From the NCBI GenBank assembly GCA_051294905.1, contig CM119381.1, positions 16,864,001-16,928,000 of the forward strand: a DNA stretch of 64,000 bases. Direction: 5' to 3'. Below are positions 48,960-59,673 of this stretch, one piece after another. The DNA is from Botryllus schlosseri. Its lineage: Eukaryota. How positions within the stretch are numbered: the first letter of the stretch is position 1; every line of letters starts with the position of its first letter. The notes below the pieces were generated by a model, which saw only the letters and a program-made list of their open reading frames with translations, was not told the DNA's origin and made no database searches. A program made the translations under genes and the position numbers.

Positions 48960-51900
48960 CTGCAAACAAGACGAATCCGCGTCCACAAAAATAAATGATA
49001 TTTTATGGCCAGTAAGACGTACAGAACTGCCAGGATTATCAGAGCCATCAAGCATCGCTATTCCATTGATGCCGCTAACTTGTTCAGCAGGAGACAAGCT
49101 TGATAGAACCTCATCACTTTTGGCATCTTGGGATGGATGAACTGATGGTTCTTCCGAAGAAGAGACCTGGGTAAATAAGTAAAATGTCGATACAACGGAA
49201 TTGTACCAAAGCAAATCCCAATCACACCTTTGTCCAGGACCCGCCTACGGTCACCGATTTACCCGGGACTGCGTTACTGGGTAGTCGTGATAAAATGACC
49301 TGTAACAAGAAAAGTACGATATCGCGTCTGCTTCGCGGAAAATTTCTCCAGCGGATACGATTTTCACACATTATCATTTGATAGCAAGGTGCCATGCGAA
49401 CTGGCATCTCATGTTACAACAAAGACTGGGCAAAGAGACTCTTGGAGGTGCAGAGCTTCAATACACAATTGAATAACATATACATATTGAAACAAACCCG
49501 AATATTTTCGGCTGACGGTCATAAGGTATAATCGTCAATAACTAGTAGAGATTTCAAAGGAACTTAACAGTCGTATCACCAAATATGACGTCACAGGCAC
49601 TAAGTATTCAAATAATTGAGGCGAACAGATTGCTTAGGCTCAGTTTACTAAGACTACGAGCATTGATTGCAACTATTATTGTCAAATGAGGAGAGATGTT
49701 TCTTTGAGTGCTGAAATTATAGTTTCAATAATTTTTTCCAACCATGGAACCTTGCTAAGTTGTAACATAGCATCCAAAATATGTAGCACATAGCTACGCC
49801 TGTCTTTGGGTACGATGACCTCACAGCATTGTCTGAAAACTCTATGAAATTGGTATGGTCCAAAAAACACCAAATTACGTACACAGTCTAATACTCGATT
49901 CGGAATGGAATCACTCAAGAACACAATTGTAGCCAACCCCAGTTACAACGTACCAAACCAACGCAAGAATATATCATCACGCTTTGTTACCTGTGGGCTC
50001 TTGTCCGTTGTGGACATGTGACTGATGACCATGCTTGATGTAGTGTGGCCCCACACCACTTCGACTGGAAAATGAAAGAAAAAGGCTTCATCGCACAGCA
50101 GAGATTGAATTGAATGGCGGACGATTTGGAGGGGCTGTGGGCGAAAACATACAAAGAGGGCGATTTGGGAGGGTGTTGAAAAATTTATAATCAGTGGAAG
50201 TTGATAGTTGTCTCATATCTCAGCGATGCCTAATCATCGTTGAACAAGTTTGTTGCCTTCAAAAATATTTTGATAAGGGTGAGTGAGTCTGAGTGGAAAC
50301 TTGAGATTAAAACAGAGACCTGTCAGTGAACGATTTTCTGTGGTATGCAATCGGTCTGAGAAATCGAAATTAGGACCTTTGTCGTGGTTTTGGCAAAACT
50401 GACAAAGTATGAAAGTACGGTATGGAAAAAGATTGCCATACTATGTCATACTATGCTCTGGAACTTATAAGTAGAAACACCATTGGCACAGCCTGCATTC
50501 ATACTTGACACCATGTGATATTGGATGAATTACACATCTGAATTCACACCCTACTGACTCACCAACATTTCGAGGACCATCAACGCAGTGATGCAGACAC
50601 AACAGGCCGGCTTGTTTCTCACACTCTGCGTTCAACATCGGCGAGCCTAACATACAATGGAACTGACTTGTTGTTCACACTGAGCGTAGATTTTTGCAAT
50701 ATTACCGAGAAAATCTTTAACGAGAGCGTCTTGAAGAGCTTGATACGGCTGGTCGTGGTTACGAAGACGTTCCGCACAGTTTTTACTCAGCATCGTGCTT
50801 ACTAGTTGTTCCCCGCAACCTGGAATAGGACGTAAATTCGTTCATGTGTGGCAAATCGAAAACCCAAGTGCCACAGAAAAACAGCCATTCCGCCAATACT
50901 ACAAAAACTAACCTACACACTTGCAAGCTAGCGTAGGCCCGTTGATCACATTCTCATTCTGAAGATCACCAAGTTATCTCGGAAGAAACCAGGAGTAAGG
51001 TCTCCATTCGGTAAATGTTGGCACTGTTAAATCTAGTTGATGCTGCAGCAGTGTTTCCGAACCTTTTTAGCTTCGGAAACCGGTAAATATTAAAAACAAA
51101 TTTTGCGGGCCGGTGAACCTTCAAAAATCGAAATAATCCGCAATGTAAATACGACAAATACATGCAACACAAAAGATGACATTGGAAACTTCATTTTAAT
51201 GAAAATTCGCTGTTGCCTCTTTGACGCTATTGAAGTTTCTCCAAGGTCCTTTCAAAAACTTCATTTCGATTTTTCGTTTTTTTATTATAAATAACAATGA
51301 CTATTCTGCTTGGCAGATTCCATGATACCCCAAAATGTCGCTAAAATGTACTTTTAAAATAAAACGAATATTGTTTGAAACTCTTTTTAGGTTCCACAAA
51401 TAACTGGTCTTGAATGAGTTGCATGCTACTTTCGAACATCTTGGTGCAATACCTGCAGCATTGTGACGTCCGCCAAGTCCATAGTAGACCATGAATTCTG
51501 CATTACGATTTGCATGCAATTGATGCATAAAATTGTAATATATTCAGGCAGACCTGCAGGAAAGTTGACACGCTACACATACACTGCCCGTTGAGAACCT
51601 CGATCTACTGTATTGAGCTGATAAATATATCCTATTCGTTTGATTTACGGTGCGTGATATGTGAATATTTTATAATGACCGTATCACAGGGACAAGTCAT
51701 AAATAGCATTAAAACCCACCACTCGCAGTTACAGCTACTGAAGGAGAATCTCCTCTTCCCGGCTCGGCCCAACATCCACATCCATAAACAGCAGCCTGCG
51801 CATGTACAGTACATAGTTGCATCTATTGAATACGAGTAACCCGCAATTCACTTTAAAATCCTACCTGACCGACTCTACCAGGCATCTTCAAGACGATCCC

Positions 51901-54900
51901 TCCGCTCGAAACAGCAGAAGCGACGTTCCCGTTCAAATCCAACGCGACAGCGCCAACTGTGTCCAGTCTGATGATAACAACTTCGATTAAACGCGGATTC
52001 AAACAAGCCGAGTATCTCAACTACCTTTCGCGGTCCTGGCAAGCTTCCTGGTGTCGGCGATTACGCGCCAATTTCTCCAGCAGTCTCTGATGATATTTCT
52101 GCCACGACTTGAGAGCAGACTCTACACAAAATTAAATCCGAATTAGGGATTGCAACGAGTTATCTCGCAAACCAGTTCAGAACTTACCACTCACCAAATC
52201 GCCCGATTCGCACATTTTAACGCCGTGCGCTTTGGCCCAGTTTTCCGCCCCGGAGGATACCATGAAGCTGACGAATACTACAAAGTTTATCCACACGTTT
52301 CATCAGTACCAGCCATATTTAGTTTCTACCTTGGCGGAATACGTCCCAATTCTAGTCGACTTCTCCTTCTTTGTTCGGATAGAACTTTGTACGCGGCACG
52401 AACAGGATTTTTGACTTTGCTTACGCAAGCAACGGAACCGAAGTAGCTATCACATCGGTTTGCAGGATCTGAATTACAATCGGAGTAGACTGGTCGTCGA
52501 GTGGTAAAGCCAGTAAAGCTATATTTGATATGCACTACAATCTAGCGGAACTGAATTCAATAAACTCGGCCATAACCAACTGTAATACAAGTCAAAAGAA
52601 AATGACATCATGCTATCTGATTTTCAATGACCGATTGTATTCTGAATGAATTTTTCAATTCGTCAATTTCACAAACTTCCACCTTTATTACTGAGCTGCA
52701 TTCTCAATATTAAAAACGTAAGTCTTGCCGCAACAGCCCACCTTTTGATTAGCACTGAAGAGCAAGCTTAATATTTTCAACATTTATCATTAGTTAGATG
52801 ATAATAGTTAGATAGTTATGATAACCCGTAACACAATTTTAATTTAATCACCACAAAACCGTGACAATCCCAGACATACGTGTCCCGGTGTAGTCATTTC
52901 GCATACCTGAGGATGGCGAAGTATCCATCACACTTGCGTCGCATTCCACCTGACCCGACTCGGTGAGATTCGAACCGTACCCGGCATTTGTCAGTTCGCT
53001 ATCCTGCACAAGAACAATCACAATTTGCACAGGAACATATTCCAAAGTCAAATCATGTGTCAAGTAACGCAAATTTTTAAAGTGACTCGAGTCGAGTCAA
53101 GTTATCTCTAACTTTTTGATTTCGAGTCAACTCCAAGTTATCAAATCATTTTAGTTTGTTTTGTTTGGTTTCAATGTACGGATGGATACACATATTTGCA
53201 TATAGGCTATAGTCAAACTTGGTGCCACACCACTTTTAAAATTCAATTCTTACGAATGAATATATTCGCATGGTCGCAATGATATCATAATGCAGGCCTG
53301 GCAGTTAAATGCATGTCTGTTTTGTCTGCGATTTCGCTCCTGATTGAAGTAACGATATTAAAAACTTTAACGGAAATGGAATCCAGTAAAAGGGTTAGCA
53401 TTGATCATGCGGCTTTGCGAAGGAGAGTATTTGACGACTTGAAAATGGAGTCATAAATTATTACATATTTTCCATACGTCGAGTCCACGTCAAGTTAAGT
53501 CGTTTTAGTAAGTCAAATAATATCGAAAACGTGACTAGAGTCAACTTGAAATGGCAGCAATCATACTTCTAACATCTGTACAGCAAGAGCGGTCGCCTCC
53601 CCTGCCGAGACACCCTCCCTGATTTTGCGACTAACAGCAGTGCAGACCGTTTTACAAAGCTGGCTATAGCCCGGGTATCTTTCGTCAGAATGGTAGCCAG
53701 CGCCTGCAATGGTTTCAGTATAAAAATCTGCGCAAAGACGTTGAACCGAAAGGTACCTACCAACATGAATAGCTATGAATCCAACATCAATCTTTTGACA
53801 TCTTAACGCAAATAAGTATATTAACTTCACATCTGACTAATTAAAAGTAAGTATTCTAAGCCTTGTTATTGCCTTCAAAACTGAATACTGTCAAGTAGAA
53901 GTTGTAGTCTAAAATTAAAACCACTTGAGCGTACTGAGCAAGTAGCCAAAACCTGGTGCAGTATTCAAAAAGGTAGAAGTACTTGGTTACTGACCACCTC
54001 TGAAGCAGACATACCTTAGCGCGGCGAGATCGCAGTACGGTTGGGAGTTGACTTGTACGATATTCGTAACGCTAGGAGGAGACACATCTTTCACCGGCAC
54101 TTCTTCTGATGACGAAGGTTTAGGTAGGGCCGTCGCTTTACCAGAGGCGAGAAATATGTGGTTGTGAATAGTCTGGCAAATAAATTTCAAGTGTTGGACC
54201 GTTGACGAATGGGTCGTAACGATTCGTTCATTCGTTAGGGTTGGGTATAGCAATTCAAGTACTCGAATCTGCATAGAGTATTAATTTTGACGATTGGGGT
54301 ACCAAAAAATTATAGGTTCCTTATTATTTTATGAATGAAAATTGTCATTGCGATACTTTCTTGTGGCAGCGGCAGCCTTGAAACCACAATAAGAGGAAGT
54401 ATATCATTCAATGCATGCAGCAACAGGCTACAGCATTTCTGTATAGTAATGACAGACCTGTGGCGTTGTCTTATATATAGCAATGACACTGTCAGCAAAT
54501 TTGAAATGATTTACATAGAATGATTTACATAGATTATTTACTTTATTGTCGCATAAAAAAATGTATTTGGAGCAGGGTTGTAATGAGGCCCGATTTTTTG
54601 GTGACTCGAATTGACTCGAGTCATTTTTTCAAATCCCTAACATGACTCGACTCGAGTCAATTTGTGTATTGACTCGACTTGTACTCGGGTCATTGCGCAT
54701 GACTCGAACCAAGTCATTTCACTCGAGACATTTCATGGTAACTTCGAAGAACAGTAATTTAACGGTATATATTTTGGGTAATTATGAATAACACATTGAA
54801 AAAATCAGTATCGTAAGATCTACAGGATATGAAACATAGGTATTGGAAACGACGTTTGGGTCTTATATAGATTGAAGTCCATGCGGCATATCGAAGCGTT

Positions 54901-57900
54901 ACACAGGAAATGATAACCTGACAAAGCATGTAATATGTGTATGGTGTGAAATATCGAGAAGAATTGACATTCAATTCAGAATCGAATCAATCAGGTATTC
55001 GAAATTGCCCAATCCTAATTTCTACAAAATGTACCTTTGTGGTGGGAAAGAATCTCTTATTGTCGAGTTTTGGTTTTTCGTTGTCGTCCGCATGAGCGAA
55101 TAATGTATTCAAGACGTAATCGCTGATCATTGATTTCAAGCTTGGAATGTCGTATATTCCTTTGAAAAAACATCTCAATTGTCGGTCTGAAATCGGTGCT
55201 ATTTGCTGAAACGAGAAGACGTTACCGTTCCGGACGAGTTCTCGAACTTTGTTAATGACCCGTTTGTCGAGCTGCGTTGTGTTGGTCCGAGATACTATTT
55301 CGTGATTGGTATGAGAAGCAACAAGCGGAAATCGAAAATAGTGTACATCTGGAGAATAACAATGATGGATAAGCATTTAAGCAACCTAAACAAAGATGAA
55401 CTAAGTTATATTCAGCAATTTAGGAATAGTAGTGATTAGATCAGGGCTTCTTCAACTGGAGCCCATGGACTGAGTCCGCGGACTCTATGTAAAGGGTCCA
55501 TGAAGGGTCGATGTTGAAAATACAACTGCACACTATAAAATTACGTTATCCTAATTTATAAGATATGTCCCTATTTTTGACATGTCCACATAGGCGCTGA
55601 ACTCCGATTTTCCCTAGGTATGCGGTATCGATGACGTCACAAAGGGCTGACGTCATAGTGCGTCAGAATTGACAAATGAGCCGACTCGCAAGCGTTCAAT
55701 ATCACCTGTCACTTGTATATGGTGACAAAATTACGATAGTATTAAGCAGGCGCGCAGCCGGCCGGCCGCTTGCTGAATTGATTTCAAATTTACCAAGGTA
55801 GAATCAGTTTATTATGGTCAAGTGCATGCACCAATGATGATAATAGATCGATCGGATCAGCATCCTAGCGTAACGGCCTCACACGTAGCCTAATACTCGA
55901 CACTACTACGACACATCACGCTACGATAGGATTACTAGCGAACACTCCGACTACGCAGTCAATTAGCGAGCTCGCAATCTCCCGCAACATATTCGCCAAC
56001 ACGCGCGCCGACAATCAGGAAATTTCAATTACTCGGCTCGAGAACAAACGAATACGCATCTGTGGCGACGGCTAATAATCTAAAGTTACAAGAACTATTC
56101 TCACAAATGTGCGTGCTGGACTCTATATTCATTAGTCACTCTGATTGCAGGGGAGTCAGAAGTTTCGATATCAAGAGCCTGCAAGACAATTTTCTGATGT
56201 TCTGTTTTAGTATTAGCGTTAATCAAAATCAATTACGCCGCTGTCTGTTCACGATCAGTATGTATTTTAATCAATTCTGTCCATGTTCAATGTCTGAGCC
56301 AGTCCGACATCACAATCTCGGAAAACGCGGCAGTTCCGGCCGGTGCATCATATCATATTCCGACACAGCAAGTATTAGTGGAAATCAAGTACGCATGTAC
56401 GTGTACGGTGTACGCACGCGTCGCAAATGCTTGCGGACATTCGATGCCATTCAGTTTCGCGATGTCAATCTTTAATCACAATCGAGAGCCAAAGCATTCT
56501 AGGCACGAGACGCGATCGTTAGTCTAATGATGCTATATTTCGTAACAGGCCTATTGCACACACAATTGTGTAGGTAGACCAACGATGGTATCGTGTGCAG
56601 GCCAGCGATGGTATAGTGCGTACTGGGCCTATTCCCGATGCGATTCTTCAAGCCAGCGGAACGAGGCTTGATGGAGGCGCGATAAATCAGGCCAGCGACG
56701 ATCGCAGAGCGCGCGGCAATCAATGACTTCGGAATCATCTCAGCGCGAGATCGCGTTGCGTTACATCGTGCACAAACTATTCTCGCTAATTGGAAACACG
56801 CTTCTCGTTAATTGGCCGTGGCCGCGCACGACACTGATAAAATAAGACTTACGGAATTGCAACTGAATATTAACGTCAGAATGGTCATTTCAAAAGGACG
56901 GGGTTGTGCTACGCGCATGAATGTATTGCTTCTGATTTGATTAAGTGTTCAGCAGCAGTACGAAATACATTGCTTAATTCTAAATCGATCAATTCACCAG
57001 CCAGCCTAGCCGAATTCTGGGTATGCCGCATACCTAAAAAAATTCCTAGGTATGCGCGGCATACCTAGCATACCTGAGTTCAGCGCCTATGCATGTCCAT
57101 GTTATATTTTATTTACTGCGCTCACCACAGCTCAAATCGCCACTAGGACAACACGGTCACTAGTAATTTCACTGCGACTGATGAGACGGCTTGGCCGAAG
57201 TGATGACCTATTTTAATTATATATCCATCATGCAGTTGTTTAGTCATCAACTAGACCAGATGGTAATGAGCCCATGATCAGGAGTATTTGACTGTCCGCA
57301 ATATTGATCCCCGTCAACTACAGTCGTGGTTGTGCAATTCAAAAAAATTTCTCGGAATCTGATAAACTCATCGCCAGGCTTCAAGTGATTCGACTTGACT
57401 CGAGGCATTTTCTCCTAATACTGAAATGACTCGACTCGAGTCAATCTGTGTATTGCCTCGACTTGGACTCGAGTCGTTGCTCATGACTCGAACCAAGTCA
57501 TATGACATGAGACTCAGACGGTCAAGACCGACATTTCATTGTAATTTCGAAGAATAGTGAAGTAACCACACTGCTGGATTTTCCTCTATTGGTACTGGTA
57601 GGAAAATTAGCATATTGTAAATGCGAACCATTCAATATCACCAAATCGAGTTATAAAAAGTGGATTTAACAAGACTTCAACTGGAAACTGAGCAGTCAAC
57701 ACAATGACAGAACTCGGGTTATAATACCATGACTCGGACTCGATCCTCTGCTCGGCAACTTGGACTCGGACTTGAATCGGTGGTTCATTGAAAATGACTC
57801 GACTCGAGTCAAAACTTAAATAGTCAGATTGGCTTGTGACTCGGGGCCTGGAGACTTGGTTAAAACCCTTGTCATCGCATGCAACTCTAAACAAGATCAC

Positions 57901-59649
57901 ATTCACTTTGGTTTCACAAATTAGAATATTCATTCATTTAAACAAGTCTCCTTAGCTCTAGAAAGTTAGCAAATATATGGGGTCAAGGAATGCATAAAAC
58001 ACCTGACCCTGCACATCGAAGAATGCAGAAGAGAAGTCACTAAGCAGTTACCAATCACTGACAAAGTACTTTTACTTCTTTGGAGTATTCAAATGGGCTT
58101 AGGCCTACTTCCACTTCAATTGGACAGTTTTTAGCTGTTGATGCAAATACTAGGACTAGAATACATGCTTGCTATTTCTGGTTATCCTTATGTCAATGGT
58201 ACAGTAAATGGTCATCAAACTGTAAGTATCTACATTTTTAATAACTATAACTTGAAAGATCACAATGAAAGGAATAAACAGACACCTTCATATTTAACCG
58301 GTTTATCCGCATGCAGAGCTTCCAGAAGTCTATCCTTTGCATCATCCTTTGCTCCTTGTGTAACATCAGCAGGATCGACCATTGGCAAACCGAACTCGTT
58401 ATAAACTCTAGCCGTGCGAAACTGTAAATTACAAAACATAATACCGTATTCAAAATTTAGAAAGATACCGATTCTGATATATCATATCAACCTGTATGGA
58501 TGCATTGCAACTTGTTTGATTCAACTGTCTTTTCCTAGAATTCTGTGCATTGCAAGTTTGAATGAGTATTTCACAATGAGACAAGCGTACCTCAATGCAT
58601 GCAACATACTTTGTTAGCTGGTGAGGCCTCGTTACAGACCCACTTCTCTGACTTGATGACTTCGAAGGCGTGACCGAAGTATTGGATCGGGACATTTCCA
58701 TTCAGTTGCTGGAAGTAAATCGCTGTCAAAGAGACATATTTGAGTGCGAAACGGCATACAGTTTATCTGTACTGGTTGCAGTTTTTGAATGTGTGAGATG
58801 GAAACTATGAATCGATGACATGTTTTCAACTAACAGGGCATGTAAGAGGAAATTATAGGCACACGCAACTCGCACAGCCACAGGCATAGTACGAGCATGA
58901 AATATTAGAAAAAGTGGTAGAAAATTAACCGAAGGTAAAATTTTTGTAATAATGAAGAGGTGTCATGGACTTGTAAAGACGAAGTGAGTTCAGATGTCTT
59001 TACAATGAACAAGTCAAAAATTGGTGGCACTGCGTCGGGTTCACTGGTTGGACATAAGGAAAATTTGGTGTGCAGCGTTTTTTTCGGCAACCCAACAATT
59101 TGGTCAGTGAATCCCATGAATCCGGAAAAACAAGTTATTTTTGAACAACCCTACTGTGTACATCTACATGAGTACCAACCATGACCCCTGTATATTGAAG
59201 GGCTTACATCGTAGCCCTAGGCTACTGGAATCGCGGTACGTTTTGCCTGATATATCAGGTGAGCAGCGACGATTTTCCAAGTTGAAGTAATTTAATAAAA
59301 AATAATAAAAAACTAAAACATAGCGTGAGCACAGGACACCGATTCCATACAGGCATTGTAGTAATGCCCAAGTTCATTAATGATAGTCTAACAATGTTTA
59401 CAAAACAATGAAAGGCAAGCTCCAGTCACAAAATGTCGTACTTGATCTAGAGGAGCCATCCCGCTTGAAACGTTTCGATTGGCCTTTGGCATGTGACGCC
59501 GCGCAGAAAAAACTGCCACCGGTGACAGCGAGGAAGCCTTCGATCAATGTTTTTGTGCATCCGGAGAACTTTCCATAGCCGTAGCATTCGTTGGCGTCTT
59601 TATCGAAATCGATCAAATTTTTCTTCAGAAATCTTTCTGCATCATCCAT
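44585..59649 (-). CDS. predicted CaRF-like / Taspase-1 / NUDT22 triple-fusion protein, 28 exons, 1023 aa
   Basis: Exons 59442-59649, 58610-58722, 58492-58542, 58286-58421, 55226-55348, 55035-55159, 54015-54172, 53761-53801, 53567-53703, 52907-53003, 52330-52468, 52188-52267, 52025-52121, 51865-51967, 51720-51795, 50706-50819, 50563-50646, 49991-50064, 49228-49299, 49023-49166, 48846-48959, 48120-48283, 47835-47913, 47263-47400, 47093-47200, 46383-46480, 45789-45882 and 44585-44689 all join through GT-AG introns in matching phase, giving 3072 nt with no internal stop. The true N-terminus may lie further upstream. Confidence 0.72.
45113..45400 (+). mobile_element. candidate tRNA-derived SINE in the last NUDT22 intron
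   Basis: Pol III A-box-like TAGCGTCGTGG (45122-45132) and B-box GGTTCGAGCCC (45166-45176) at tRNA-like spacing, but no full cloverleaf. The 3' boundary is uncertain. Confidence 0.45.
46528..47071. mobile_element. CAGAGGTGG-family MITE, near full length
   Basis: Termini CAGAGGTGGTCAG / TTCACCACGTCTG; near-TSD GTTAATAG / GTTAAAGG. Confidence 0.6.
49222..53801 (-). CDS. TASP1: Taspase-1 (threonine aspartase 1, Ntn-hydrolase) module (12 exons)
   Basis: GFIAIHVGAGYHS, DSELTNAGYGSNLTESGQVECDASVMD, FGSVACVSKVKNPV, GRIPPSFMVSSGAENWA, autocleavage site RLD/[42 protein letters not shown] (catalytic Thr codon 51958-51960), SGCGEQLV, VVWGHTTSSM, ILSRLP..PGKSVTVGG. The unspliced frame stops at 49222-49224. 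Confidence 0.95.
54015..59649 (-). CDS. CARF: CaRF-like (calcium-responsive transcription factor) DNA-binding domain module (7 exons)
   Basis: YFGHAFEVIKSEKWVC, LNQTSCNASIQFRTARVYNEF, YFRFPLVASHTNH, LDKRVINKVRELVRNG, RFFPTTKTIHNHI are collinear with CaRF motifs recalled from memory (KATCPARIYIK, YVQLPTQQAHQYH, LHPQVAHKIQELVSQG, FFPTVNDIKNHI). This needs confirmation by profile search. Confidence 0.75.
55589..57091. mobile_element. hAT-type non-autonomous element, 1503 bp, in CARF-module intron 4
   Basis: Perfect 16-bp TIR CATAGGCGCTGAACTC / GAGTTCAGCGCCTATG; exact TSD CATGTCCA (55581-55588, 57092-57099); CCTAGGTATGC subterminal repeats. Confidence 0.92.
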
Positions 59650-59673
59650 TGCAGTTAAATATTTACGCTACAG

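Noticed and set aside
56062-56475. 137-aa plus-strand ORF inside the 55589-57091 element
   Set aside because: GTG start and no transposase or other recognisable motif.
58905-59117. ORF within CARF-module intron 1 (also 54759-54974 and 54310-54498 in intron 6)
   Set aside because: None is needed for phase or motif continuity, none shows homology, and FFPTTK joins directly to TIHNHI.
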